From Octopus vulgaris (lineage: Eukaryota), in the NCBI GenBank assembly GCA_951406725.2, contig OX597831.1, positions 7,750,001 through 7,814,000 on the forward strand: a stretch of DNA of 64,000 bases. The letters are read 5' to 3'. Positions 38,455 to 53,515 of this stretch are shown piece by piece. Position 1 is the stretch's first letter. Each line of letters opens with the position of its first letter. The translations under genes and the position numbers were made by a program. The notes beneath the pieces are model-generated. The model saw only the letters and a list, made by a program, of their open reading frames with translations. It was not told the DNA's origin and did not search any database.

Positions 38455-41080
38455 GTAAGTGTCAATAACTTTCTTTGCTCAACTGTTTATGTCAAATATA
38501 AACCTACTTTGAAGGAAGAAAGAAAATACAAACCAAAAAGCAAATTCTCTATCCAAAATTGAAAGAGCCATTATTTAAATTTTTGCTGAGTAGCACCTAT
38601 AATTATTAATGCTGTCATTGGTTGCATTTGGTAAATCATTTAGGGGTAATAAACTAAGTTTGGTATCTTAGAATTTCTTTGGCAAATGGACCAACAAGTA
38701 TTGAACTCTTACTTACTTGTACTTGTGGCAACATTCACCCTGGTGGGTTGAGTCGGCTTCTTCCTTGGAAGAAGTTTCGTGGGAATATGTGGATTTCACA
38801 GGCGGTCCCCAACAATCCTGGATGTAGAGACATCCTGTTTGCCGCAGATTGTCTGCAGATGCAGGGACAGAATGACCGAGGAGCCGCCGGTTGCTGAAAC
38901 AGACACTCCAAGGATTTTCACCAGAGCCCCGTCTGCCGGGTTGTGGCCCTAATATCACTCGGTGTCAGAGCAATCCGCCTTGGGTGACCCTACCAGGAAC
39001 CGAAGTTCCCGACGGCATAGCTCTGACACACGTATTGAACTCAGAATCAAGTGAGTCAAATCAAAATAATACATTTCCTTAAGCATTTCTCCTATTCTTT
39101 AGCAAATAGGAAGGCAAAGTATGAGAACCTATGACTCCATGTGTAACAGCATCTAATGTCATCTTTCTACTTTGACCTTTCAGCATTTAAGGGATTCTGT
39201 TGAATGCAATCCTTATTTAGTCACATTGTTTTGAATTAATCACGAATGATCTCATAGCTTTGAGATTTCGATGATGTGATTGCTAATTTTTAGAATGACA
39301 TTGTTGGGTAGGTGTGAGAGGTTGGATCTGGCTGGTTTGAATATGAAACATGTAGAATATTTGGGTCAGATAATCCCAGTTTAAATGTTAAAAGCTTAAA
39401 ATCTTATCCGGTTTGTCTTTCATCTCAGCAAAAGCAGCAGGGACACTTAAGGTTCCGTTCAATTGCCTTTACTCTTCCATCATATGTACTTGGCTTTGTA
39501 GCCTTTCTTCTTCTCTTGTTTCTTCTTTCAATGGTATTGTTAATCTTTTATTAATCAGTTAATCAGTTTCAGTACATTTTAGACTTTTCAATAACAAGAT
39601 GATTAAAACGAGGTTATATATTCTGTGCGTGTTTGGTGAATATATTCACAAAGATGGTAAATTTTCTCTGTAACAATTCTTTCTTTACAGTATCTGGATG
39701 TTATCTGGTTTATATTTTGTTTTCAGATTTTACAATATACTTGGAAACAAAGATTAGGCCAAAGTTATAACCTAAAGTTTGTATATTTATTTTTGGGGAA
39801 TACTTATACCCAAACTGCATGTTCAGTTCAGCAGTAGACCCTCTCACAGCAACTACCATAGGCTGCTGCTGTTGCTAAATAGAATTTATATTATTTTTTT
39901 GGTAATATTTCTTTAGTATCTGTTTGAGCAGATTTTATCTTCAACAGTAAACTGAAGGAATCTTGAAATAGTTTCGTAATTACTTGCTGTAAATCCTTTC
40001 CTTACAGAGGATTTATTTAGGTTGAAAAAATATATATACTCAACTGGATGAATTTTCTATCTAGAATCTTCTGTGTATCTGAATATATTCAATGTTTTTT
40101 CTGTTATCACCATTAGGCTTTCAATTCATTCTGTTCAAAAGTGAAAATAACTTTGATTCTGCAGGTTTTAAAACATTTTAAACATTATTTTATCTTGTCA
40201 GTAATTAACCAATGGTTACGGTTAATATACTAGTCTTGGATCATGAGTCCAAAAACAAATCATTGTCTTTGAGAAATTCACTTATCCTATTTGCTTATCA
40301 TAAAAATGGATCTCGTATTGTGATTTTATGACATGTTAGTGAAGAACAGAATCTAAGAGCACTTCTACATTTGTTCCACTTGCATCATTTCTGTTTTGTA
40401 AACAAAAGATATTTAAAATTATAAGAATATATTGCCAGCTGATTTAAAATAATCTAATGTAATAGATTATTTTGTATATAGAGTATATTTTGCATATAAT
40501 GTATGTGTGTGAGTGGTGTGTGTGTATATACACACTAATATTGAACAATGAGAACGAGTGCTCAACACTGTATTGGTGGATAAATAGTTTTTATTTGTGA
40601 GTTAACAAGGCTACCAATGGTTTCATGTAAAGAGGAATCTCTTAATTATCAAGTCAGGAATGTTGGAACTTGTTTACATTTTGGATGAGAGTACTTAGAA
40701 CATATATATATATTTATATGAGGAAATATATATATTGTGGCATAATGGCTATGAGGTTAAGGTACTGGACTTCTGACCATGTAGTCACATGTTCAGATCT
40801 TATTAGTGTCCATAGTGTTGTGTTTGTGAGCCAAGGACTTAACTGCTTCAGTTGCCATGACTTACCAAAACAACCGATCCCACTCTTAGTTCATAGCTTA
40901 GTGTTTAATGGTAAAATGTTTATTCAATTCTAAAAGTAATTGCTGCTCAAAAAATGAATGGAAAGCAAGTCAAAATATGTTGAAAAGTTTTTAAATGCAT
41001 TTTATTTAATTCTTTTATTTACAAACCTTTCAGTTTATAAGTATTTCCTCATATGTGGATTCTTAATATTTTCATAATAG

Positions 41081-41183
41081 CCACCTCCAGAAATACCAGT
41101 TTTCCCAGAATTTTCTATTCGAGTTTGTCTGTTGGGAAAAGCATATAGTGGGAAAACTTTCTGTGCAGAGAAACTAGCTGAAG
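41081..41183 (+). CDS. SPEF2: SPEF2-like exon with adenylate-kinase-like P-loop (PPPEIPVFPEFSIRVCLLGKAYSGKTFCAEKLAE), phase 0 to 1
   Basis: ataatag acceptor and G|GTAAGT donor; Walker A GxxxxGKT motif corresponding to SPEF2 'CLLGKTLSGKT'. Confidence 0.92.
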
Positions 41184-41977
41184 GTAAGTACTTACGTTGA
41201 ACAGAATTCAAGGTTGGTTGGTTAAGTAAAAGCAAGAAACTTTTAAATAAAAGACTGAAAACAGTTTGGAATAAAAAAGAGGGATCTTTGCTGCAGACAT
41301 CTTTAGATTCTTATTTTTTTGCAATGTTTTTCTGCCATAAGAATTCACTAAGAAATCGATTGTTTTCTGAAGACAGAAATATACTTGTTTGTGCAGTTGG
41401 TGGTGGAGGGGAGGAGGGGGGAGAGAAGGAAGAAAAACAAATCTGAATGTAATTGAGTAAAAGTTGTGATGGGAAATTTAAAAGTAGGAGAGGGGCTTTC
41501 TGAGAAAAAAGACAATACTAAAATGAAATTGCATATATTAGAATGTATAATGGTTACATGAGTCCATTACCATAACAATAAGCTTTTAAATTTTCTTTTA
41601 GAATTGTTTTCCCAATGAAAAGTTTATTTCAAAATTCTTGAAGAAATCTCATGAATACATTTTAAGTTGTTCAATATCTCTCTCTCTGTGATATATTGCC
41701 ATAGTTATCATCATCATCATCATCATCACCATCATCACCATCATAACCTTTACTGTCATATACTAAACAAATGCATTGTGTCTTTATTTCTTAGTCTGTT
41801 TTGTTTGATGTTTTATTGTTTGTTGACTAAAGCCTACCATTGCCACATCATTTACCAACAGCCAGATTCATACAATTGTTTTTTTTTTTGCATCTATTCC
41901 ATATGATTAAATTCTTGACATATTTAACACCTTCATTGATTTCTCTAGAATGTTTTGGGGCTGTTTGTATACAACTA

Positions 41978-42430
41978 TACGGGGTCTGTCCAAAAAGAAG
42001 CGGAACTTTTTAAACAAACAAATTTATTACTTTACTAAAATTCTGTCTCCACTTTTTCCCTGTTTCCAGGAATAGTTTGCAGTCTTTATAGCAAATTGTC
42101 TTTGATCCCTTTTGTTGCCTGGAATCAGCAAACTTTTCAGGCTGGTTTCAACTTTGGGAACAAAAGAAAGTCTTTAGACCAAAATCTGGAGAGTAAGGTC
42201 GCTTGGGGATGACAATCATCTTGAATTTTGGCAAAAAAAAAAAAACCCATTGGTAGAGAGTGATGCATCAACGGATGCACTGTTGCAGTGCAGCATCCAG
42301 GTTTCCAATTCCGGCCTCTGCTTTAGCATCAGCTTTCTCAGATGGCTTAAGACATCCAAAGAAGAACTCTCTATTGATTGGGTCATCAAATGGAACGAAT
42401 TCACAAGGAACAACCTGATTCAAAGTAAAA
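41978..42430 (-). mobile_element. Mariner fragment of a second family (3' part and TIR)
   Basis: Minus-strand remnants 'LDVLSHLRK..KQRPEL..WMLHCNSAS' and 'PYSPDF'; terminus TA|CGGGGTCTGTCCAAAAAG. Confidence 0.7.
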
Positions 42431-42616
42431 AAAAACAACAACAACATAGGTACAGGCATGGCCACATGGTTAAGAAACTTGCTTCTTGAACCACACGGTT
42501 TCAGGTTCAGTCCTACTGCATGGCACCTTGGACATGCATCTTCTACTTTAGCCTTGGGCCAATCAATGACTTGTGAGTGACTTTGATTGAGAGAAACTTT
42601 GTGGAAGCCTATTCTT

Positions 42617-42658
<42 letters not shown>

Positions 42659-43680
42659 CGAGGGTGAGCTGAAACATTAATAGGCTGAAAATGAAGGAGT
42701 GATGCTAGAGCTGTGAAATCCTTGAAGATGACCCCAGAGATTTGGATATCCTGCAACTGCCACCACTGAGGAAAACATTGATTGTGTTCACCACATGGTG
42801 ATGGATGACAGGTGATTGACTACAAATGAAATAGAAATAGCCAATGTTATTAGCATATCCTGTGAGAGAGTTGAGAAGATTCTGTGCAATGAACTTGGCA
42901 TGACAATGGTTTCTATTCAGTGGATACCATGTCTCCTGACACCTGATCAATGACACACTAGGCTGGTCACATCATGGGAAAATCTGACATTGTTTGAGGC
43001 AGATCCATCTGGTTTCTTTGAATGTTTCTTTACCCAGGATGTGTGTTGGGTTCATCACTTTGAACCTGAGACAAATAAAATACCATCCATGCAGTGCAAA
43101 CACCCCTTCTTCACCTGCTCTAAAGCAGGCCAAAGTTGTTTCATCTGCAGGGATGGTGGTGGCCTTAGTATTTTGGAATGCTAAAGGCATTGTGTTCATT
43201 GACTGTCTTCAAAAGGATCACACCCTCAACGGAGAAGACTATGCCAACTTGCTGAGGCAGTTATGAAACGCAATCAAGACCAAACATCCTGGAAAACTGA
43301 CGAAATGGGTCTTGTTTCATCAGGACAATGTTCCAGCACACAAGGCCTTGGTTTCAGTCACTGCTCTGCATGATTGGCTTTCAACTGGTCCTTCACTCTC
43401 CCTATTCTCCTGATTTGGCCCCCTTCTCACTATCATCTGTTTCCTAACATGAAAAAACCCCCTTAGCTGTGAACACGTATTGCAGAGATGAGAGGACGTC
43501 GTCTCTACTGTTGATGACTGTTTTGACCAACACCGATGAAATGAAATGTGTGGACCGCAAGGGGTGGGGCTGTTATGTTATGGACCACAAGGGGTGGGGC
43601 TGTTATGTTGAAAAATAAACTGTATTTAATTAACATTCCATGAGAGTATCTTAGCCTATGGACTTTTCAGCTGACCTTCG
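42659..43680 (+). mobile_element. Degenerate mariner transposon with both TIRs, inserted in the microsatellite of a SINE
   Basis: TA|CGAGGGTGAGCTGAAA..TAGGCT at the left end and AGCCTA..TTTCAGCTGACCTTCG at the right end. Peptide remnants WIPCLLT, TQDVCWVHHFEPET, HQDNVPAH and SPYSPDLAP. Confidence 0.88.
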
Positions 43681-46133
43681 TGTGTGTGTATATATGTACA
43701 TATATATATGTGTGTATGTGCTTTTGTGTTTGTATTTGTCCTCCACTACTTGACAGCTGGCGTTGGTTTGTTTGCATCCCCATAACCTAGTGGTTCAGCA
43801 GAAGTGATTGATAGAATAAGTACCAGACTTAGCCATACATACTGGGGTTGAATTGTTAGACTAAAGCCCTTGAAGGCAGAGCTCCAGCATGGCCATGATC
43901 TAGTGTCTGAAACAAGTAAAAGAGTCTGCTATGTCAGCTGAATGAGTCTGATAAGATTTCATGGATTGTTCACACCAACCCTACCTGAACTTCCTAATTG
44001 GAAATGCCGGAACCTCACCTTTCAAACAACTCTTGCAACAAGAATAGCCAAAACCTTCAAATATTGTTTTCCCAAATTTTTTCCATACAAATATGTCTTT
44101 CCAGTTTCTTCATTGTTCAACTTGTAACCAGTTGCAGAGTGCACTAAACATAGGTTCAATCTAGAATGTGTAGACTGATGACAGACAGACAGACATGGCA
44201 CGCTGTGGTTCTTATTAGACTGAAGGCCAAGGTCACCCATACACAGCCCTGTTGTTAGGAGCCATAATGAGGCTGCTGCATCACTTAGTTGTTAGGGTTT
44301 TCAACTCACAATCAGGTTGTGAGTTTGATTACCGGTGGCACAATGTGCCTTTGAGCAAGGCATTTTATTTCTTGTTGCTCCAGTCTCCCCTCAGCTGGCA
44401 AAAATGTGTTGTACCAGTAATTCAAAGGGGTCCAGCCTTGTCACGTTCTGTGTTGCACTGAATCTGGCTGAGAGATGTATATTAAGGCTGTTCCATCGAT
44501 CGGATCAGCTGGAACCCACATCATCGTAACTGACAGAATACCTATTTCTTTACTACCCATAAGGGGCTAAACACAGAGGACAAACAAGGACAGACAAACG
44601 GATTAAGTCGATTATATCGACCCCAGTGCATAACTGGTACTTATTTAATTGACCCCAAAAGGATGAAAGGCAAAGTCAACCCCGGTGGAATTTGAACTCA
44701 GAACGTAGCGGCAGATGAAATACTGCTAAGCATTTCGCCCGGCGTGCTAACGATTCTGCCAGCTCGCCGCCTTAACTGACAGAATACCAGTTATGCTCGT
44801 CGGTCGGTCGGTTGGTCGGTTGTTTCCAAATCTGGTTACATTTCGACAGACCTTGTATTTTGAATTTCCTCTTACTCCTACTTCCTCATATTTACACTGA
44901 ACACATACTTTCCTTTATTAGACACCAGCTACGTAAATACACTCATCAATACACACACATATATAAACAAATATGGGTGTGGAGAAAATACAAAACTTAT
45001 TGACAAACTCAGTCAGCTGAGATAATTGGATCTGTTGTCGGCAATTTTATGAATGCCATCTACTTTATTAATAGAGAGCCACGAGAAGAAATTTGAATTT
45101 GTTCTATTAATTCATGTACAGCATATGTTAATTAGCTTAATTAAACAAATAGACTTCAATTTCTTATCCAGAAACACAATATTTACAATAGGATTTAAAG
45201 TTATGACCTGAAAGTCAACGGTTAAAATGTTACAGTATTCTGTTTCTTGTGTACGTGTGTGTGTGTATATGTGTGTGTTCATGTATATATATATATATAT
45301 CATCATCATCATCATCATCGTTTAATATCTGTTTTCCATGCTGGCATGGGTTGGACGGTTGGACCGGGGCCTGGGAAGCCAGGAGGCTGCACCAGGCTCC
45401 AGTCTGATCTGGCGGTGTTTCTACAGCTGGATGCCCTTCCTAACGCCAACCACTCCATGAGTGTAGTGGGTGCTTTTTACGTGCCACTGGCACAGGTGCC
45501 AGGGGTGGCTGGCAACAGCCACGATCGGTTGGTGGTTTTTACGTGTCACCAATACGGAAGCCAGTCAAGGCGGCGCTGGCATTGGCCACGTATGGATGGT
45601 GCTTTTTAGGTGCCAGGGTATACACATATATCATCATTTAACATCTATTGTTCATGCTGGCATGGGTTGGATGGTTTTACTGGGCAGGTAAGGCTGGAAG
45701 GCTGCACCAGAATCCAGTCTGATTTGACATGGTTTTCTACAGCTGGATGCCTTTCTTAATGCCAACCCACTCCAAGAGTGTAATGGGTGCTTTTACGTGC
45801 CAGTGGCACAGATGCTGTCTGCATGACACCAGGGTACTTTTATGTGTCACTGGCGCAGATGCTAATTTGTGTGACACCGGTACCTGCTATGACTGTGATT
45901 TTGCTCAGCTTGATGGGTTCTCAAGCATGATATAATACAGGCATGCATGCATACACACACGCACGCGCGCGCACGCACACGCGCATGCACTCGCGCATGC
46001 ACACACACACACACAGAGCATGGAAAAAAATAACCTTCAAAGGTAATAATTATTAAAATTATAAATCAGGGTATCTACAAGATACCACCATGCTGAAAAT
46101 AGCAGCCATGATCTGACTTTAAAACTTTAATTT

Positions 46134-46295
46134 TATATATATATATACACATACATACATACATATAATATATATATATATGTATATATATATACATATA
46201 TATACACATACATACATATACATACATACATACATATATATATATATATACACATACATACATACATACATACATACATACATACATACATACAT

Positions 46296-46332
<37 letters not shown>

Positions 46333-46342
46333 TACATACATA
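46134..46342. repeat. (TA/TACA/CA)n compound microsatellite
   Basis: Seen directly. Confidence 0.9.
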
Positions 46343-46712
46343 CAAGATTAGAAAATGGAGAAACATACTTAAATCAATCAAACATCAACCATCAGATAAT
46401 ACCCAATCAATACTTTATTACACCATTACATAACAGCAAAGGCATTACAAGGATGTCATAGACACTCATAATACTACACATATATATATACTCATTAATA
46501 CAATAATACAAAATAAACAAAATATATCAATATACATTAACAAACACAGTTATTCTACATATTGGACTTCTAGTTCCATAACTAACCTCAAGGAAAATAT
46601 ATGCACACTCACATTTAAATTTAAATCAGACATATACATAAAAAATAAAAAAACACACAGTTCAGTTCATAAAATTATAACCCTACAAAAGTCAATAAAA
46701 ATTACTATTAAT

Positions 46713-46777
<65 letters not shown>

Positions 46778-47624
46778 CAACCATGACTGTACCAAGTACA
46801 TCAATCGGACATCTACATATCTATAAGTCTAATTCCTCTGTCCGCTTGATATTGATTATTCTAGATTGATTCGATTGGCTTATAGTTTTAAATTTGAATC
46901 ACAAAGGAAATTTTACGGTTAGTTAGTCAAGAAACGCACATGCACATCCACAGATCATCGCACATACATACATAATTATATGTATACACACACACATACA
47001 CTCATACACATACATAGCCACAAACACAGACAAACACATAAATAAATAAATAATATAAGAGGTATAATCGTAACTATGCAGCCATCAAGCCTCTCCAAAA
47101 TGACAACAATGCCGCTATATTAACTAACAATCATAAATAACAGAGAAGCAGTTTGAAATTTTATTTAACAATAAGAAAATTCAAATGTCATGGCAAATTG
47201 TTTCGTAGCTTAAAAACATGTAGATAGTTTATGTTATTATATTTCATAATAAATAAATTACTTACATGTCTGCATTAGTACAAAATGCCAAAAGATTTTT
47301 CAAAGTAATGCAGAATTAAAGCCAAATCATTTGTGACTTTCTGCCGTCCTCATTGCTTTCTCTTGTGTCGTAAATATATATTCTAAATGTTTTGTAGAAT
47401 AATACATTAAAGAGCCTTTTTTTTTTTACATGAGTACTCCTGGGTTACTGGAATCCTAATACTGTGACTTGGATTTATGTATATTAGCACAGGTGTGGCT
47501 GTGTGGTAAGGAGTTTGCTTCCCAAACCCATGTTTCCAGCTTCGGTCTCACTGCATAAACACCTTGGCACTGGGGCAAGTCTCTTCTACTAACCCATACC
47601 AGCATGGGAAAGTGGATACTAAAA

Positions 47625-47633
47625 TGATGATGG

Positions 47634-47671
<38 letters not shown>

Positions 47672-48110
47672 CATAATGATGTTGGTGATGGTGATGATGG
47701 TGGTGCTGTTGATGATGATGATGGCAGTGATGATGATGATATTGGTGTAGGTGATGATGATGATGGTGATGGTAATGGTGGTGGTGATGATGGTGGTGGT
47801 GGTGGTGATGGTGATGATGATTATGATGATGATGGCAGTGATGATGATGGCAGTGATGATGATGGCAGTGATGATGATGGCAGTGATGATGATGATATTA
47901 GTGTAGGTGATGGTGGTGGTGGTGATGGTGATGGTTATGATGATGATGATGGCAGTGATGATGATATTGGTGTAGGTGATGATGGTGATGGTGGTGGTGA
48001 TGGTGATGGTGGTGGTGGTGGTGGTGATGGTGGTGATGGTGATGGTGATGATGATGATGATGGCAGTGATGATGATGATATTGGTGTAGGTGATGGTGAT
48101 GATAACTATG
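47625..48110. repeat. (GAT/GGT)n compound microsatellite with recurring ggcagt and attggtgtaggt variants
   Basis: Seen directly. Confidence 0.95.
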
Positions 48111-49485
48111 AAGCATGTCAGAAAAGCTGTCCACGTATCTCTAATGTGGATGCTGTCATAGTGTGTAGCAAGTCTGATAAAACCGGCTTTTGCTGAATAC
48201 AAATAAAAACTAATCCTTTATTTTAACAGCTCCTGGAAACGATCTGATGGTGTCTTTGAAACTGTATTAAAACTTTATCATCTTGGAATTAATTTTATTT
48301 CTGTTAACACATTCATATTTGCTAATTTCTATAGATTCCTTTTCTTCATATTATATTTAAAACTTTTAGCTACTCTTCTTTACATTTGCAAGGTTATAGA
48401 AATACAAAATGTACCAGCATAAACGGGGTTAGAACAACTTTGATGTATACATAAGCTCATAAAGCACAAAAATATTAAAGACAGGTATGCCATAGAAGTG
48501 GCAACTATTACATTCTTATTCTTTCATTCAAAATTCAGCATTGAAGCTTACAAGATATATTTTAATTCCTCTTATGAAGTTGTTTATTCATTGTGAGTGC
48601 TCTATAACTATTTAGAAATTAGTTGGAGCTATAACCAATGCCTATAGGGAATATTTGAATGGAAAGAATGAATTTTAAATATAGGCCGGTGGTGGCAGAG
48701 GCTGTGTTTGTGTGTAATCATTGGTTTTTGTTGACTTCCCTTTCTGGCTTGGATTGGTTGGGCCAACCCTGGCCAAGTCAGTTTTTATTCAGAATTCCCT
48801 TTTAGATGAGTTGGGGAATTATGTGTCACTCTTACATTTCCATTTTGGCATGGTTTCTATGGCTAGATGCCCTTCCTAAGACCAATCAGAGTGTACTGGA
48901 TACATTTTATGATGCACAAGTACTAGAGAGATTGTCGTGTCCTCAACACAACACAAGAACTCTCTCTAGCCTTTTGCTGACCCTGTCCGATTACCAACCA
49001 TTCTACAGAATATTCTGGGTGCATTTAACATAGAGAAGTTGCCAAGGCAGTTGCAGCAGCAACAGTAATTCACAGTGTAAGAATTTGAGAAAGAAAATTC
49101 ATATTTGGCAAATTGTTTTTGGAACTGAGGAGTATTGCCATTATATTCCGCACTATGGTATTTCAAGAACCAAATATGTTCTTTTGTCATATTTGGGCAT
49201 TCTCTCAAAACTACTCAACAATGTGATTCAATAATATTTAATGTAATTTAAATTATGATAGGTTTTAACATTTAAAATTGTGAACCTTTCCCAAGTGAGT
49301 TGGGAGTATGGTTTCTAGCCAAGAATTCTAAAAGCCGATAAAAGCTGATTCCAAATAGAAATCATGTGAATAGACGTAGGGTAAACTCTTATTTAGTACT
49401 ATTTCAATTGTCAAACTAATTTAAATAAATGTTTGTAAAGAACAAGAATATTGTGTATTTCAAGAAAAATGATGTTTCATTTCAG

Positions 49486-49577
49486 AATATAACCTTAAGA
49501 TTTTAAACATTGATGAACTTGTAAAAAATGCCATCCAAACTTTTCATGACAATGAAGAAGCTGCATCAAAAGCTAAT
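49486..49577 (+). CDS. SPEF2: SPEF2-like exon (EYNLKILNIDELVKNAIQTFHDNEEAASKAN), phase 1 to 0
   Basis: tttcag acceptor and GTAAGT donor; resembles SPEF2 'IQILSIDTLVQEAIQAFHDNE'. Confidence 0.9.
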
Positions 49578-50762
49578 GTAAGTTGCTTTTGTTTTATTGT
49601 TTTTTTACTTTTCTATATTAACTGTCAATACTTGTCATTGGAATTACTGCAAAAGAATTTAAGAATTAGTTGTTGCTTTTTACTTCTTTTTTTTAATATA
49701 AAATTTAAAATAACACAGCATTGTGAAAATACTGACATAAAACACATTTTATTTGAACTAACATATATATCCTCTTGTCTTTTATTAGTATTGCAATGTA
49801 GTACCACCACCACCACCACCACCACCACCACCACCAATTCTGGTTTCAAAATTATAATGGTTTCAGATCTTGACACAAGGCCAACAATTGTAGGGGTGTG
49901 GTAGGGAATCGATTACATCAACCCCAGTACTCAACTGGTACTTTATTTTGTCAGTCCTGTAAAGATAAAAGGCAAAGTTGACTTTGGTGAAATTGAACAC
50001 AGAATGAAATGAATCTGAAGAAATGTTGCTAAGCATTTCACCCAACACGGATTCTGCCAGTCACATTCTTTAATACAACAGCATAATCCAATTCAGTTGA
50101 TTTTTGGGGACCCAGTTTAACATACCTATTTCCTTACTACCCACAAGGGGTTAAATACAGAGAGGACAAACAAGGACAGACAAATGGATTAAGTTGATTA
50201 TATCGACCCCAGTGCGTAACTGGTACTTAATTTATCAACCCCGAAAGGATGAAAGGCAAAGTCGACCTCGGCGGAATTTGAACTCAGAATGTTACAGCAG
50301 ACGAAATACGGCTACACATTTCGCCCGGCGTGTTAACATTTCTGCCAGCTTGCCGCCAGCCCAGTTTAACATACCTTAAGGGTATATGTTTAGTGGAAGC
50401 CTGTCTGTGTGTTGCAAACATTGGGCGACAAGACTCCGGTCTGAGAATAATTTCTTCTCTCAAGAGTCAAGAGCTGTTGCACCAGTTTCTTCTCAAAGAC
50501 TTCCCCTCCACAAAGAAACAGAAATTATAGAAAGAATATTTCAGTGAATATCAAATGACTGAAATAACATGCAGTCGTCCATATTGTTAAACACAATGTT
50601 AGCAGGAAATATATTGAACAAATACATTAGCAGGATCATAACAAACAATATATTCTAAATAAATACATTAAGAACGATTGGTTTCATTGGCAAATATCAA
50701 TAAAGGTATTTACCTCTACTGGATAACTTTGATGATGGGGTTATGCATTAGTCGAAGGACTA

Positions 50763-50799
<37 letters not shown>

Positions 50800-51722
50800 C
50801 TATAACTGGCACTCCGTCTGTTGTGACGACGATTGTTCTACTTGATCCAATCAACAGAACAGCCTGCTAATGACGTTAATGTGCAAGTGGCTGAGTATTC
50901 CACAGACACGCATATCCTTAATGTAGTTCTCAGAAAAATTCAGTGTGCCACAGAATATGACAAATTTGGCCTCTTTGAATTACAGGTAGATCTCCTCTTC
51001 ACCAATGAGTGGACTGAAGCAGTGTAAAATGTGCCTCCTCAGGTAAATGTCTAAATAAATCCTTCGTTAGATCCTTACTCAAATGACAGTAGGATTTAAC
51101 AAAGGTCTTGTTTAAACAATTACCTGATGAAGTGCATTTTACACTTTGGATGGATAATAGTGATGCAATATGTTGCTTATATCATCCCATCAATGTACTG
51201 TGGGTGTAAAAATATTTCAAAACAATTGTAGTGATTTTAAATAAAGTATGTCATTCACCTAATTTTCTATCATTTACCTATTTATATAAATTCTATGGAT
51301 ACTATGAAATTCCTGTTGTATATCCAGTATCAGGAGCATTTCCACTGTATAATGACATCAGGTAGCCAATAACTGTGGATGAGCTTTGCATAGCAATGAT
51401 ACAAAGTGTTTACCTGAATCTTATTTAACTATGTTTATATATATATATATATAGATAGATAAATAGATAGAGAGACTGATATTGGCATGTAAAAAGCACC
51501 AACCGATTGTGGCTGCTGCCAGCCTGCACTGGCACCTGTGCTGGTGGCTTGTAAAAAGCACCCACTACACTCATGAAGTGGTTGGCGTTAGGAAGGGCAT
51601 CCAGCTGTAGAAACACTGCCAGATCAAATTGAGCTTGGTGCAGCCTCCTGGGCTTCCCAGCCTCCAGTTGAACCGTCCAACCCATGCTAGCATGGAAAAC
51701 GGACGTTAAACGATGATGATGA

Positions 51723-51799
<77 letters not shown>

Positions 51800-53311
51800 T
51801 GTGAAAGAGGGTTAGTGAAAGCTATTGCAGAGTGAATAGACAAGAAATGTTCTCAATATTTCAGCTTCAATGAGAAGTAATTAGGTATCCAAATATTCTA
51901 AGAAAAATTAAATTTGAACAATTAAAAAAGAAAGAAACCAGTTTTGGAAGACAAGAAGTGTGATTTCTTTTAAATTGTCTGCAGACATATGTTTTAATTG
52001 CCAGCCTGAGTTTTTTTTTTTTTTTTTTCTGCAGACCTTGCATCAATAGAAATTCAAAGTTGTACTTGAGATAGAACGTTAATCACATCAGTGTTGTAGG
52101 CTTTATTTTTCTTCTTTTTGTGTAAATTCTGCTAAATCGAAAAGCAAACAAGGGTTGGTGACAGGAGTGGCATCTGGTCAGCTGTATATAGGTGTGTGTG
52201 TATATTTATGTGTGTTGTGTGTATGTATTTGTGCATATTTTTGTGTATGCATCTGTGTTTTGTATATTTATGCATGCGTGCGCATGTGTGTGTGTGTGTG
52301 TGTGTGTATTCCTGTACATCTGTACCTCAATGCTGGCACCTGGTAGCTTCACTTGTCATCATCTGAGTGAAACAATGATGTTTATTTTCCTTGTTGACAT
52401 TACAATCATTCACTCTTTGCTTTCAAAGTCGAGTGAATTAAGAAAAACCTTATTTGGGAAACACATGAGGGTTGGTGACAAGAAGGGCATTTAGTCATAA
52501 AATGTTGCCTCAAATAAGTCTCCGTCTAACCCATGCCAGCATAGAAAAATAGATGTTAAATAAATGAGCAAATGAATGAACAAATAAGTAAGAAATGTCC
52601 AAAGTAATTCCTGTCATTTTGTTCAAGACTCAAATAAACCAAGAAGAAGTGCAATTGATTGAACCGACCTTTGTCCCTAAATGGTTATTTTTATCAACAT
52701 TTGAAGAATTAGAGGCAAAGAATTTAGATTGAGAACAAAGTAACATAAACTGTCTCTTGCAAGGGCAAAAGAAGCATCAAAGATGATTTGCCCCCCCCCC
52801 CCCTCAATCCCAAAACTGAAAGAGCTGCTCAAAGGTCTTGCAATCTCTTCTGAATCCATTACAATGTCTCAGAAAGCCTTCCATTCATCAGCAGATATTT
52901 CAGAGTCTCAAGCATTTCACCCCTTATATCCAGTTCACTTTGCCTGAGTGGGGCAGCAAGGACTGAATTTGTCTTTCTCCTGCAGAAGGGTTTCACTAGG
53001 GGTCTCTTGGTCAATCCCAACCGCCCTTCATTGGTTTCAACTCCCTTCCTTTGTGGCTCCCTCCTTTGTGGCTTTCTTCAGTTGTCTGCGTTCCAAACCA
53101 ATTTCCTGCAGGAAACAGTGCACCAGCCTGGCCGTGGCGGGGGGGGGGGACTGTGGGCAGTCAACCATTTCCAATTTATAATTTTTTTTTTCTGAAACAT
53201 TAAGATTAGTAAAATATTATGCTCGACATAATGTTAAAACATCGAAACTAATATTTGAAAGTCTCACCAAGTATTTTATGTATTTATTAAATTCATTGCT
53301 TCAGTAAATAG

Positions 53312-53313
<2 letters not shown>

Positions 53314-53374
<61 letters not shown>

Positions 53375-53421
53375 TACTACTACTACTACTACTACTATAT
53401 TATTATTATTATTATTATTAT

Positions 53422-53453
<32 letters not shown>

Positions 53454-53478
53454 TTATTATTACTACTACTACTACTAC

Positions 53479-53515
<37 letters not shown>

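Noticed and set aside
47456-48202. Asp/Gly-, His- and Ile/Thr-rich ORFs resembling biomineralisation proteins
   Set aside because: (GAT/GGT)n expansion growing from a retroelement tail, open in several frames on both strands.
52035-52075. Exon after a strong poly-T/GCAG acceptor
   Set aside because: Stop codons occur in all three frames before any good donor.
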